From the NCBI GenBank assembly GCA_963845185.1, contig CAWJRG010000009.1:608001-672000 (forward strand): DNA of 64,000 nt, written 5' to 3'. This document shows positions 30,040-41,064 of the stretch, one piece after another. Made by a program: the position numbers and the translations under genes. Numbering within the stretch: the stretch's first letter is position 1; every line of letters starts with the position of its first letter. Below the pieces are notes generated by a model. It made no database searches, was not told the DNA's origin, and was given only the letters and a program-made list of their open reading frames with translations. The stretch is from an uncultured bacterium. GTDB taxonomy: Bacteria > Oederibacteriota > PGYV01 > CAWJRG01.

Positions 30040-31266
30040 ATGAAAAAAATTTTAATTCCCACGTTAATTCTTATCACAATCTTATTTGTATTTAATTGCA
30101 AAAAAATTTCTGCCCCTATTATGCCTGTTGCAACAAATACCCCAACTATCCAAACCAGCGTTTTCGTCCACCCTGGAGCGTGGTCGTCAGCCGGAGAGCT
30201 GAACTTCGTGAAGGCGCGGATCCAGGTAGGAAGCCAGCCCTGGACAAACCAGTTAAATATGATCGAGGGCTCGTCCCAGGGGAACCAGACAACTGCGCTG
30301 TTCTCCGGGACAAGCTTTAATTCATGCACCGTCGAGAGCCAGGGCCAGGCAGACTCCGAAGCTGCTTATGCAAACGCGCTCATCTGGTATTTGGAACCAA
30401 ACAGCGCCAAAGCCACAACCCACGCCAACATGGCGATTGCCATCCTAAATTCCTGGGCGAAAGTACAGAGCATCGTAGCCACAGGAGGCTGTTATAACGA
30501 ACAGAACATGCTGGACGCAGGGTGGTTCGGAGCGGATTTCGCGAATGCGGCTGAGATAATGCGAAGCTATCCGGGCTGGTCAGCCCCGGACATTAAAGCA
30601 TTTCAGAACATGTTAAAGACAGTGTTCTATCCCTTGCTGAATACAGCCAGCACCGGGAACGGGAACATAGACCTCACCCAGATCGACGCAATGATGTCCT
30701 GCGCCATATTCAACGATGACCAGACAGAATTCAACGCGGGCCTATCCAGGCTGCAACTCAGGGTCGCGGCCTACGTATATACTTATACTTCACCTACCAG
30801 TATCCCGCGCATTGCCGGAGACGCATGCTGCGGAACCTGGCCGGCAGCCTTCTGGTATAATCCAACCTCGTGGGTCATTGGGCTGGAACAGGAGACCTGC
30901 CGCGACAACGGTCACCACGTGCAGTTCGGCTTGAATTCGGCGATACACGCTGCGGAAATCGCCTGGCACCAGGGAACAGACGTTTACACTGCCTACCAGG
31001 CAGCCTTTGTGCCTGCCCTGGAGCTGCTGTCACTCCAGTTGACGTCAGGCAGCATGCAGGGCACCTGCAGCAACGACACGTCGGATAATATCAACTCCGA
31101 CCTCTTCGATACTTTTGAAATCGGTTACAACCACTACGCCCTGCGCAAGGGCCTGTCTTTGCCGAATACCAACAATATAATCATGAATCATGTAAGATGC
31201 TGCTCAAATAACTGGATTTTGTTTAACCTGGCATACGAGACACTGACCCACGCAGGGGTGTACTAA
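30040..31266 (+). CDS. Lipoprotein with alginate-lyase-like fold
   Basis: FVHPG, AILNSW, ANAAEIMR, QETCRD..H motifs. Confidence 0.75.
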   Translation: MKKILIPTLILITILFVFNCKKISAPIMPVATNTPTIQTSVFVHPGAWSSAGELNFVKARIQVGSQPWTNQLNMIEGSSQGNQTTALFSGTSFNSCTVESQGQADSEAAYANALIWYLEPNSAKATTHANMAIAILNSWAKVQSIVATGGCYNEQNMLDAGWFGADFANAAEIMRSYPGWSAPDIKAFQNMLKTVFYPLLNTASTGNGNIDLTQIDAMMSCAIFNDDQTEFNAGLSRLQLRVAAYVYTYTSPTSIPRIAGDACCGTWPAAFWYNPTSWVIGLEQETCRDNGHHVQFGLNSAIHAAEIAWHQGTDVYTAYQAAFVPALELLSLQLTSGSMQGTCSNDTSDNINSDLFDTFEIGYNHYALRKGLSLPNTNNIIMNHVRCCSNNWILFNLAYETLTHAGVY

Positions 31267-31275
31267 GGAGGAACA

Positions 31276-31800
31276 ATGGTCGGGACTACCATGAATGTAA
31301 TTGCAAATTCATCCCTTGATAAAATTTTGACAATACTGCTGGTTTTATTTATCGGCCTGCTTGCGTTTATTATTTATAAATTTGAAAAGAAGTTCAGGGT
31401 AAGCAACCTGCTTGTTCACTTTCCCATTTCATTGATAACCAAAGAAGAAGAGAACATAAGCGCGGAATTTTCCAAGATCGGGGTTAATTATCGTGCGGTT
31501 ACAGAGCCCATAAACCAGTCTTTTATCGCGACTATTATCAGCAGCGTCCCGTTAAATGCCGCGGTAGCCCACTATATTAATTTTTTTGAGGGGCTGTGTG
31601 TTTTTGTTGACAAGAAAGTGTTTGACGAGCATGCGGCTGAAGAACTTTACGGCGATTATGTCGTGAAAACATATAAAAAATTTTCAGGTTTCATTGAAAA
31701 CCAGCGCAAGGCCGATAAAGATGAAGAACGCTGGAGATATATGGAAAAGTACGCAAAAAAATGGGCCAAACCGGAACAAAGGTATGACAGGGCAAGATGA
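31276..31800 (+). CDS. DUF4760-like membrane-anchored protein
   Basis: N-terminal TM; YINFFE...VFDE...W..ME..AKKW. Confidence 0.55.
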   Translation: MVGTTMNVIANSSLDKILTILLVLFIGLLAFIIYKFEKKFRVSNLLVHFPISLITKEEENISAEFSKIGVNYRAVTEPINQSFIATIISSVPLNAAVAHYINFFEGLCVFVDKKVFDEHAAEELYGDYVVKTYKKFSGFIENQRKADKDEERWRYMEKYAKKWAKPEQRYDRAR

Positions 31801-31824
31801 TCTGGTATTTAGACGGAGTAATCA

Positions 31825-32343
31825 ATGGAAATAAAAGTTAAACTTACCCTTGATGACTACAGGAAATGGGCTTTCTGGCAATATTACGGCGGACTAAGAG
31901 GGAAAATACTGATCCTGCTGGCAGCGGTTTTTTTTGGCTGCTTTATATTATATATACTGCTTTCGGTGATGTCGGGCATCCATATTGACGCCAGGCTGAC
32001 AATACTTGGACTGATAATTTTTTTCCTGCTGGTTTTTTTGCGGCTCACAATGCATTTCAGGCTGAAAACAATTTTTAACAGCGACAAGCTGATTCGGGAA
32101 GAAATAACATACGTTATAGACGAAAAGGGCATGAAAACAAGCGCCAGCTACGGCGGCTCACAGATTACCTGGGATAATATATACGGGGCACGTCTGGGAA
32201 AAATACTTATAACAATCAATCTTGGAGAAGGCCGCATGTATTTACTGCCGGCGAGGTTCTTCAGGGACAAAAGCCAGATGCAGGAGCTCGCGGATTTATT
32301 GAAAAAAGTACTGCCGAAGGGCAGGGTAAAAGGGAAAATATAA
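31825..32343 (+). CDS. YcxB-like membrane protein
   Basis: Two TM helices followed by IDEKG...ITWDNI...LLPARFF. Confidence 0.7.
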   Translation: MEIKVKLTLDDYRKWAFWQYYGGLRGKILILLAAVFFGCFILYILLSVMSGIHIDARLTILGLIIFFLLVFLRLTMHFRLKTIFNSDKLIREEITYVIDEKGMKTSASYGGSQITWDNIYGARLGKILITINLGEGRMYLLPARFFRDKSQMQELADLLKKVLPKGRVKGKI

Positions 32344-32386
32344 AAGCGGTATGCATGGATTCATAAAATTCAGAAGGAGTAGTATT

Positions 32387-33910
32387 ATGGAAAAGTCAGT
32401 TATTATTATCGGCGCAGGCATAGCAGGCCTTTCTGCAGGGTGTTACGCGAGGATGAACGGGTATAAAACCACCATACTGGAAATGAACGACAAGTCAGGC
32501 GGGCTTTGCACCGGATGGAAGAGGAAAGGATATACTTTTGACGGATGCCTGGACTGGCTCGTGGGCTCAAAGCCCGGCGACGCCATGCACGAGGGCTGGC
32601 TTGAGCTTGGCGCCATACAGGGCAAAAAAATGATAGACCATGAAATTTTAATGGTGATTGAAGGCGATAACGGCCAGAAATTCACGGTATACGAGGATGC
32701 CGGCAAACTGGGGCAGGAAATGTTGAGGCTGGCACCTGAAGATAAAAATGCAATCACGGGTTTTATAAACGACATAAAGGCTTTTGGGGACATGCCAATG
32801 GCTCCGCCCGAGCCTGCGGCAGGCGCGAAAAAAACGGGATTCTTTGAATCTGTTGCGGATTTTTTGCGATTCTCGCCGAAACTTTTAAAAATTATAATGT
32901 ATTCGCGCATGTCGGATAAAAAATTTGCCGGCAAATTCAAAAACAAGTTTTTGAGATTTGCATTCATGGAAATGTTCAATGGCCTGGATGATTTTTCCAT
33001 GCTGGCGCTTATATTCACTTTTGCCTGGATGAACGCCAAAAACGCGGCTTATGTCATTGGCGGCTCGCTTGAATTCATAGGTGGCATAGAAAAAAGGTAT
33101 AAAGGCCTTGGCGGCGAAATACAGTTTGATTCAAAGGTAAATAAGATACTCGTTGAAAACAACAGGGCCTGCGGCGTAGCGCTTGAAAACGGCAAAGAAT
33201 ACAGGGCTGATACCGTGATATCCGCGGCAGACGGCTACTCAACCATCTTTAAACTGCTGGAAGGCAGATACACAGGCAATAAAATAAAAAGAATTTACAG
33301 GACTTTCAAGCCTTTCCCTGCGATAATCCAGGTTTCCATAGGCGTGGACATGGACATGACTGGCCTGCCGCCGCTGATAAACTACCCTTTAAAAAACAAG
33401 CTCGAAATACCCGGCACTTCGGCCGCGAACAGGATGGCAGTAAGAATATTTAATTATGACCCGGCCATGGCGCCCAGGGGAAAGACCGCGGTTACCACCA
33501 TACTGGACGGCAATTACGAATACTGGAAGAACCTCAGGGAAAAAGACAAAGCCAAATACGACGAGGAAAAGAAAAAAACAGGAGAGGCAGCAGTCAGGGC
33601 CATTGAGGAAAGGTTTCCGGGTTTCGCGTCAAAAGTTGAGGTGATTGACGTGGCAACGCCGGCTACATACGACAGGTACACAGGCAACTGGAAAGCGTCG
33701 TTTGAGGGATGGCAGCCCACGACCAAAACCCTTATGGCGAAAATACCCAAAACCCTTCCGGGGCTTTTCGGTTTCCACATGATAGGCCAGTGGGTGGCGC
33801 CGGGCGGCGGCCTGCCGAGCGGGCTCATGACAGGCAAGGAAGTAATAAAGAAAATATGCAAAGAGGACGGGAAAGAGTTTACGGCAAGCAAGCCGGTTCA
33901 GGAGGAATGA
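32387..33910 (+). CDS. FAD-dependent oxidoreductase, phytoene dehydrogenase-like
   Basis: IIGAGIAGL, GGLCTGW, DVATPAT, GQWVAPGGGLP. Confidence 0.9.
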   Translation: MEKSVIIIGAGIAGLSAGCYARMNGYKTTILEMNDKSGGLCTGWKRKGYTFDGCLDWLVGSKPGDAMHEGWLELGAIQGKKMIDHEILMVIEGDNGQKFTVYEDAGKLGQEMLRLAPEDKNAITGFINDIKAFGDMPMAPPEPAAGAKKTGFFESVADFLRFSPKLLKIIMYSRMSDKKFAGKFKNKFLRFAFMEMFNGLDDFSMLALIFTFAWMNAKNAAYVIGGSLEFIGGIEKRYKGLGGEIQFDSKVNKILVENNRACGVALENGKEYRADTVISAADGYSTIFKLLEGRYTGNKIKRIYRTFKPFPAIIQVSIGVDMDMTGLPPLINYPLKNKLEIPGTSAANRMAVRIFNYDPAMAPRGKTAVTTILDGNYEYWKNLREKDKAKYDEEKKKTGEAAVRAIEERFPGFASKVEVIDVATPATYDRYTGNWKASFEGWQPTTKTLMAKIPKTLPGLFGFHMIGQWVAPGGGLPSGLMTGKEVIKKICKEDGKEFTASKPVQEE

Positions 33911-33913
33911 TAA

Positions 33914-34618
33914 ATGAAAAATGATAAAAGGCTTTGGAACCCGGATAATTTCATATGGCTCAGCGCGCTTTTTTCGTTTTATCCTGCCGCGATACTGTGC
34001 GCGCTCAACTGGGGCAGGCTGGGGCAAAAGGATAAACAGAGGAATTACATGATATATTATTCCATAGGGTTTATTGCGCTGATAGCCGCCTTAATTTATA
34101 TCCCGGAAAGTTTCGCAAAAGGCGTGGCTGTAGGCGTAAACGTCGCGCTGGGCTTTCAAATGCAGCGGGCGCAAAAGGCAGAGTACGCAAAAAAAGCTGG
34201 GTATAACGGCAAGGCGCCCATACTGCTGCCGCTTGCGGCCTGCATTGCTGTAACAGGGCTGGTTGTGTGGTATATGCTCGCGTTCCCGGCTTTTTCGGGC
34301 AGCAACCTGGATTTCAACGGCAATAAAGTATTTTATACGCAGGGCGTGAGCAAAGACGAGGCGGAAAAACTTGGGAATTACATGGTATCGACCGGGTTTT
34401 TCAGCGGCGAAAATAAAAAAGACATAAAGCTTGACAATGCGCAGGATTGTTTTATCGTATCGTTTGTGATGGCCAACAACGCCGTGGCTGGGAAAAATGA
34501 AACCAAGGATACATTCAGGCAACTGGCGAAGCTCATATCAAAAACAGTGTTTAATAATGCAAAGGTTAAAGTGGAACTGTGCGATGATTCTTTTAAGCCT
34601 TTGGTAACTTTGGAGTAG
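33914..34618 (+). CDS. Hypothetical membrane protein
   Basis: About four TM segments plus a soluble C-terminal domain; in operon. Confidence 0.7.
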   Translation: MKNDKRLWNPDNFIWLSALFSFYPAAILCALNWGRLGQKDKQRNYMIYYSIGFIALIAALIYIPESFAKGVAVGVNVALGFQMQRAQKAEYAKKAGYNGKAPILLPLAACIAVTGLVVWYMLAFPAFSGSNLDFNGNKVFYTQGVSKDEAEKLGNYMVSTGFFSGENKKDIKLDNAQDCFIVSFVMANNAVAGKNETKDTFRQLAKLISKTVFNNAKVKVELCDDSFKPLVTLE

Positions 34619-34656
34619 CGGCATTTGGCTGATTTTTGGTTAAAGGAGGATATATT

Positions 34657-35067
34657 ATGACAGATGAAAATCCCGGTAAAAAGAAAATCATGGTGGTGGA
34701 CGACGATGAGGATATAGTCAAGATAATAAAAATTGTTTTTGAAGAGGAAAATTATTCCGTTATAGCGGCATACAGGGGCAAAGAATGCCTTGATAAACTT
34801 GCAGCAAATGAAAAACCCGATATTATCCTTATTGATATCATGATGGCCGGAATGAGCGGATATGATTTATATGCAAAAATAAAGGAAAACGGCGAATACA
34901 AAGACATGAAAATAGCTTTTTTCTCAGTGAAAGCCCGGGCTGAAGACATCGAAAAAGGCCTGGCAATGGGCGCGGACGATTATATAACGAAACCTTTTGA
35001 CCCGTATGAGCTTGTAGAGCGCGTAAATAAAATCCTCGAAAATGATAAAGCAAAAGGTGGGGATTAA
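34657..35067 (+). CDS. Single-domain response regulator
   Basis: VVDDD, LIDIMM, DDYITKPFD; GGAGG RBS. Confidence 0.9.
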   Translation: MTDENPGKKKIMVVDDDEDIVKIIKIVFEEENYSVIAAYRGKECLDKLAANEKPDIILIDIMMAGMSGYDLYAKIKENGEYKDMKIAFFSVKARAEDIEKGLAMGADDYITKPFDPYELVERVNKILENDKAKGGD

Positions 35068-35140
35068 TTGCATCCCGAATAACGGTAATTGGAAATTTTT
35101 AAAAGTTGAAAATTGATAATTTGTAAAACAGGAGGCCTTT

Positions 35141-36136
35141 ATGAAAAAAACTTTTTTGGTCCTGGCAGTATTATTTGTTATTGTTCTTATCAGCACCTGC
35201 GGGTGCAGCAAGAAAAAAAGCAACCCTGCAGGGCCGGCGCCTGCGGCAACTAACACGCCTGTTTCCGGAAGCGACTGGACAGCGGCAACAACATCCGCGG
35301 CATTTACCGGAAGAGAAAATTTTTCCGGCGTGGTATTCAATAATGAAATGTGGGTGATAGGCGGCGCTGGCGGCGGCACAGGTTATTTGAATGACGTATG
35401 GCACTCAAGCGACGGCATAAACTGGACAGAGGCGACAGCAGGCGCTGGATTCAGCGCAAGATACAGTCATACAAGCGTGGCATACAGCAGCGTAATATGG
35501 GTAATAGGAGGAAGGAACGCGAGCAGTTATTTTAACGACGTATGGTATTCAGGCGACGGCATTAACTGGAATGAGGCAACGCCGGGTGCGGCATTTACCG
35601 GAAGATGCGGCCATTCAGGCATTGTATTTAACAATGAAATGTGGGTTATGGGCGGATGGACAGGTAGCGTTTTGGAAAGCGACGTATGGTATTCAAGCAA
35701 CGGCATAGACTGGGGATGCACAATCACCGCGGCGGCATTCGGCCCGAGGCAAAACCAGACCAGCGTTGTATATAACAATGAAATGTGGCTTATAGCCGGC
35801 GATGGTAACGGCCCTTTTTTGAATGACGTATGGTATTCAAGCAATGGAGTGGACTGGGCAGTGGCTACAACAAACGCGGCATTCAGCGCAAGGTCGTATC
35901 ATAGCAGCATTGTATATGGCAATAAAATGTGGGTAATAGGCGGCGAGGATAACAGCTATAATTTTAATAATGACGTGTGGTATTCCAGCGACGGGGTAAA
36001 CTGGACAGAAGCCACAGCGTCGGCAGGATTCGACGCAAGGGCTAACCCTGTAGGTTTGGCATATAACAATGAAATGTGGATAATAGGAGGATGGGACTAC
36101 AGCCATTTAAAAAACAACGTGTGGTGGGCGAAGTAA
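35141..36136 (+). CDS. Lipoprotein with six Kelch-like repeats
   Basis: Repeated F..R..H...VxNNEMWVIGG...NDVWxSxDGxNW. Confidence 0.88.
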   Translation: MKKTFLVLAVLFVIVLISTCGCSKKKSNPAGPAPAATNTPVSGSDWTAATTSAAFTGRENFSGVVFNNEMWVIGGAGGGTGYLNDVWHSSDGINWTEATAGAGFSARYSHTSVAYSSVIWVIGGRNASSYFNDVWYSGDGINWNEATPGAAFTGRCGHSGIVFNNEMWVMGGWTGSVLESDVWYSSNGIDWGCTITAAAFGPRQNQTSVVYNNEMWLIAGDGNGPFLNDVWYSSNGVDWAVATTNAAFSARSYHSSIVYGNKMWVIGGEDNSYNFNNDVWYSSDGVNWTEATASAGFDARANPVGLAYNNEMWIIGGWDYSHLKNNVWWAK

Positions 36137-36234
36137 ATAATTATCAATTAAAAATTGTCAGTTTTCAATTAAGGTAGTTTGGTTTTAATTGAAAATTGAG
36201 AATTGAAAATTTAAATTTAAGGAGGTTTTTGATT

Positions 36235-36768
36235 ATGAGGCCATCAGGAGCATTGATGATAGAGCACAGGCGCATTGAGAAAATACTGCCTGTCATCCAG
36301 AAAAGGATCAGCAGGCAGGAAAAAGACCAGCCCATGGACCCGGTTTTTATCGATACAGTGGTGGATTTTTTCAGGTTTTACGCGGACTGGACGCACCACG
36401 GCAAGGAAGAGGACATACTATTCATGGCAATCGGGGAAAAGGAACTTTCAAACGCGCACAACAGGATGAAGGAAGAGCTGATAAAAGAGCATGCTTATGC
36501 CAGGTCGGTGGTCGGAGATATTGTCGAGTGCAACAAAAAATACAGGCTGGGCGACAAAACCGCGCTGGACGAGATTATCAAAAACCTGAAAATACTTATC
36601 GGATTTTACCCGAAGCACATAAAAAAAGAGGACGAGGTTTTCTTCCCGGAAGTGATGAAATATTTCAGCAGGGAGGAACTGGATTTAATGCTGCATGACT
36701 TCTGGGATTTTGACAGCAAAATGATTCACGAAAAATACGACAGGGTGCTTGAGAGCCTAAATTTTTAG
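36235..36768 (+). CDS. Hemerythrin HHE domain protein
   Basis: EHRRI, HHGKEE..LF, EH, HIKKED..FP. Confidence 0.9.
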   Translation: MRPSGALMIEHRRIEKILPVIQKRISRQEKDQPMDPVFIDTVVDFFRFYADWTHHGKEEDILFMAIGEKELSNAHNRMKEELIKEHAYARSVVGDIVECNKKYRLGDKTALDEIIKNLKILIGFYPKHIKKEDEVFFPEVMKYFSREELDLMLHDFWDFDSKMIHEKYDRVLESLNF

Positions 36769-36917
36769 GTAAAATTTGGGATTTGGGATTCTGTATTTGG
36801 GATTTGGTGCAAAATTCCAAATTACTGAATGGAAATTAATTGACAAATTATAATTGAATGAAACTGGGAGGGAACGATAGATGCCAAATAGTGAATTAAT
36901 GTATTTTGGTTTACTAA

Positions 36918-39900
36918 ATGGTGATAAATTCCAAATTTCACTTGTCCACCGAAGTAGTAACAAAGGAGAAAATTCCAAATCCCATTACTGAATGGAATAA
37001 ATACTCAAAACCCATCCGCGTCATAAACAGCTTGATAAATAAATATTTTATTTTATTATTTATGCTGATTTTTCCGGCACTTGTTGCAAGCAGCCTGCAG
37101 GCAGCGCCTGTTTCATACGATAACAGCGCTTTTGCCGTGCTTAACCCGTGGGAAGGCGGAACCGGGAATACTTTGTGTGTCAATATAGATGTCACCTCAA
37201 ATAATGGCATGCTGCTGGTGGAGCTCTGTAAAGACCCGGCGGTCAATGGCCCGGTGGGAAATGCATCTGTCAGCAGTGTAACATACGATGATATAGCAAT
37301 GCAATTCGTGACATCGGTCGCGGATAGCGACAACCCCATAGAAGTCGACATTTACGCGCTTGCAAACCCTCCGGACGGCAATTATCCTGTCTGCGTAACG
37401 CTTACCGCAAATGATTTTGTGATAATGGATGTGGTCAGTTACAACAACGTCGGCCAAATAGGGGCAATTTCAGTCAACCATGTATACCTGGATTCTTACC
37501 TGTCAACAACGATTACCACGACAACGCCGGGGAGCTGGATTGCGGGTATTGCCGGCGTAAGGGCGAATGATAATATAGCCACGATGAGCAGCGACTGGAT
37601 TCCCAGGTTAAATGTAACTATGAACGGAGACAGGACAGGATTGAGCTTTGACCAGCCCGCTGCGTCGCCGGGCACTTATTTTCCAAACGTCACCAATGAC
37701 TACTACAGCGAGTGGCAGGCACTGGTCATTGCGGCCGTCGAGCTTGAGCCGTCAGACATACAGGTGCCGCCTGACTCTACAACGACAATCACGATTACAA
37801 TATCGCCGACAATTACAGTGACGGAAACGCTCACGCTGACGCCCAGTTATACCGCCACTTTGGTATCCGGGCCGACACCATGTTTTATAACAAAATGGGG
37901 GTCTTCAGGAACCGGCAACGGGCAGTTTTCAGTGCCTGAAGGAATAGCGGTATCCGGCATCGGAAACGTGTATGTCACGGATTTTTTAAATGACAGGATC
38001 GAGGAATTCAGCGGCACAGGTGCGTATATCACGCAGTGGGGCAATCAGGGAAATAACAACGGCCAGTTTGTCCATCCCCTGGGAGTGGCTATAGACAGCA
38101 GCGGAGACGTGTATGTCGCAGACTCTAATAATAACAGGATACAGGAATTCAGCAGCACGGGCGCGTATATAACGCAATTTGGAATGCAGGGGCCAGATGC
38201 AGGAATGTTTCACAGTCCTTCCGGCATAGCAATAGACAGCAGCGGAGACGTATATGTCGCGGACTCGGGCAATAACAGGATACAGGAATTCAGCAGCACG
38301 GGCACGTATATCACGCAATTTGGCAGTTCGTATTATGGTTCCGGAACCGGCAACGGACAGTTTAATCATCCTGAAGGAGTGGCAATAGACAGCAGCGGGA
38401 ATGTTTTTGTTACAGATTCGTGGAATAACAGGGTAGAGGAATTCAGCAGCACAGGCGCATATATAACACAATGGGGAAGCAGCGGGACCAGCCCCGGGCA
38501 GTTTAGTACGCCGATCGGCATAGCAATAGACAGAAGCGGAAATATATATATTGCAGACGTTGGCAATAACAGGATACAGGAATTCAGCAATACAGGCGTG
38601 TATATGACACAATGGGGTAGTTATGGAACCGGCAATGGATTTTTTGATTGGCCTTATGTCGTAGCAGCAGACAGCAGCGGCGACGTGTATGTCGCGGATG
38701 ATAATGACAAGGTTCAGGAATTCGGCGTATGTGGCAGCCCGACGATAACGCCCGTAGTGTCATTAACAATCACAGTGACATTAACGCCGACCGATACTGC
38801 CACTTTAGTACCCGGGCCGACGCCTTGCCTTATCATGCAATGGGGCAGCTCCGGAAACGGCAACGGGCAGTTTTATAATCCTTATGGAATAGCATTAAAC
38901 AGCAGCGGGGATGTGTATGTAACAGATGATAGTAATGACAGAATCGAAGAATTCAGCAGCACAGGCGCATATATGAATCAATGGGGCGTTCTTGGAAACG
39001 GCAACGGGCAGTTTCATGGGCCTTTTGGAGTGGCAGTATCCGGCAGTGGAAATGTTTATATTGCCGACACATATAATAACAGAATCCAGGAATTCAGCAG
39101 TACAGGAACATATATAACACAATGGGGCAGTAATGGGTCCGGCAACGGGCAGTTTAATTTGCCTTATGGAGTGGCAGTGGACAGCAGCGGGAATGTGTAT
39201 GTTACAGACGAAGGTAACAACAGAATCGAAGAATACGGAGTATGCGCGAGCCCGACGCCGACTTTGCCGGTAACACCTTCGATAACACAAACCATATCAA
39301 TAACGGCAACGGCTTCATGCACTCCGGTAGTTACAGGAACGGCTACACCGACAAGCACATGCAGTTTCCCGTCAAGTTACGACACGGACACGATTGCTGC
39401 GTATGAATTTGAGAACAACGGGAACGACAGCAGCGGCAACGGCTACAATTTAATACCTGTAAACGGCGGAGGGAGTTATCAGACTTCTCCTGTAAAATAT
39501 GGCTCATATTCTTATTACAATAGCCTGACAAACAACAGCTATGATTTATTCCCTGCAGCGCTCGAAACCAGACTGGCTGCATTAAGTTCCTTTGCTATTG
39601 AATTCTGGGTTTATATACCCGTTCAAACCCCGTGCGTACATTCACTCATACCGGTAGTCAGGGGAACTGCAGAAGGGCAGCCAAACGTCATTATGCTGCA
39701 GATAAATAACAGCAGTAACTGGAACGACTGGGGCGGCGCTTTGATTAATTTTAAAATAGGGGCAACTGAGATTTTTATAACCATGTCTTATCCATCAGTT
39801 GGATGGCACCATTTCAGTATTGACTGGACAGGCACGGTATATAATTTATACATGGACAGCACGATTGCCGGGTATATAAATTCGACGGCAAATGTTTTTG

Positions 39901-40754
39901 CGTCCGGTTCTGGTAATACGTTTGGACTTTCGTCATATTTTGGAAACACGGAAGGCGACTATGGCATTCCTGCAGGGTCCGGGCTTGACAGGCTGATTAT
40001 TTCAGACATAGCCCGCGGCGGGCATGAGACGTTACCGAGCGGCTGCTACGGACCGACAAATACGGCAACATACACACGGACGCCGACGTATACAAACACT
40101 ACATCGCCGATAAGCACTTATACGCAGACAGCGGCATTCACCATGTCACCGACAAATATAAACACGAATACTGATACAGCAACATCAACGATTACGGAGG
40201 CATTTACTGAGACGCCGACGTATACAACAACGCCGACGTACACAAACACTGCATCGCAGACAAGTACTTATACGCAGACAGCGACATTTACCATATCGCC
40301 AACCTATACAATTACAGATACCGGCACAGCGATACCGACCATGACAGCAACGCTTACCCAAACCCTGACTTACACAATAACGCCGACTGATACGAATACC
40401 CCGGCGCTGACTTTCACGGCAAGTATAACGCCCACTTCCACAATATCGCCTACAATTACAATAACTCCCACTTATTATTACGGCAGCGGAATTATTATTT
40501 ATCCCAACCCGTATAATCCCGGGAAAGCAGTTGACGGAACGTTGAAATTCATCAACGTGCCGATTAACGCAAACATATTCATTTATACAATATCAGGGGA
40601 AATAGTGATTTCACTGGCAGCGCAGGCGCCGGATGTTTTCTGGAATGGCAGGAATTCATACAACAGCCCGGTATCGCCCGGAATTTATTATTACGTAATT
40701 AAACTGGGTTCAAGCAATATATTAGAAATCGGCAAGATATTCGTGGTTCATTAA
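36918..40754 (+). CDS. Large secreted protein: NHL repeats, LamG-like domain, Thr/Pro linkers, FlgD/T9SS-like tail (true start likely near 37032)
   Basis: Nine NHL-type units; AAYEFENNGNDSSGNG...FAIEFWV...WHH LamG pattern; IYPNP...IYTISGE...WNGRN...PGIYYY. Confidence 0.85.
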   Translation: MVINSKFHLSTEVVTKEKIPNPITEWNKYSKPIRVINSLINKYFILLFMLIFPALVASSLQAAPVSYDNSAFAVLNPWEGGTGNTLCVNIDVTSNNGMLLVELCKDPAVNGPVGNASVSSVTYDDIAMQFVTSVADSDNPIEVDIYALANPPDGNYPVCVTLTANDFVIMDVVSYNNVGQIGAISVNHVYLDSYLSTTITTTTPGSWIAGIAGVRANDNIATMSSDWIPRLNVTMNGDRTGLSFDQPAASPGTYFPNVTNDYYSEWQALVIAAVELEPSDIQVPPDSTTTITITISPTITVTETLTLTPSYTATLVSGPTPCFITKWGSSGTGNGQFSVPEGIAVSGIGNVYVTDFLNDRIEEFSGTGAYITQWGNQGNNNGQFVHPLGVAIDSSGDVYVADSNNNRIQEFSSTGAYITQFGMQGPDAGMFHSPSGIAIDSSGDVYVADSGNNRIQEFSSTGTYITQFGSSYYGSGTGNGQFNHPEGVAIDSSGNVFVTDSWNNRVEEFSSTGAYITQWGSSGTSPGQFSTPIGIAIDRSGNIYIADVGNNRIQEFSNTGVYMTQWGSYGTGNGFFDWPYVVAADSSGDVYVADDNDKVQEFGVCGSPTITPVVSLTITVTLTPTDTATLVPGPTPCLIMQWGSSGNGNGQFYNPYGIALNSSGDVYVTDDSNDRIEEFSSTGAYMNQWGVLGNGNGQFHGPFGVAVSGSGNVYIADTYNNRIQEFSSTGTYITQWGSNGSGNGQFNLPYGVAVDSSGNVYVTDEGNNRIEEYGVCASPTPTLPVTPSITQTISITATASCTPVVTGTATPTSTCSFPSSYDTDTIAAYEFENNGNDSSGNGYNLIPVNGGGSYQTSPVKYGSYSYYNSLTNNSYDLFPAALETRLAALSSFAIEFWVYIPVQTPCVHSLIPVVRGTAEGQPNVIMLQINNSSNWNDWGGALINFKIGATEIFITMSYPSVGWHHFSIDWTGTVYNLYMDSTIAGYINSTANVFASGSGNTFGLSSYFGNTEGDYGIPAGSGLDRLIISDIARGGHETLPSGCYGPTNTATYTRTPTYTNTTSPISTYTQTAAFTMSPTNINTNTDTATSTITEAFTETPTYTTTPTYTNTASQTSTYTQTATFTISPTYTITDTGTAIPTMTATLTQTLTYTITPTDTNTPALTFTASITPTSTISPTITITPTYYYGSGIIIYPNPYNPGKAVDGTLKFINVPINANIFIYTISGEIVISLAAQAPDVFWNGRNSYNSPVSPGIYYYVIKLGSSNILEIGKIFVVH

Positions 40755-41064
40755 TAATTGGATACTTTTTTTATTGAAGTTCAACGCTTGCTGGAGAAGA
40801 GGCTGATTTAAGAAATATAGGATTCTTAGGTTGTGCCTATTCTGAAAAATCAAATCTCGTACCGGAGCTTCACTCCGTTTCCACCCGTTTTAACACCTGT
40901 TTTTTCCTGGGATTAAAGGCCATAAAAAGCGGAATAAAGGTCTATCTAAATAACTGCCTGCAGTATACAATTGTTTGTTTAAGGTGGATGAATAAAAGGG
41001 TATTGAAGTTACAAAGCTAACGCAGTAAAAACTGCCTGAGTTACTAAATCACAAGGAGGATTTT

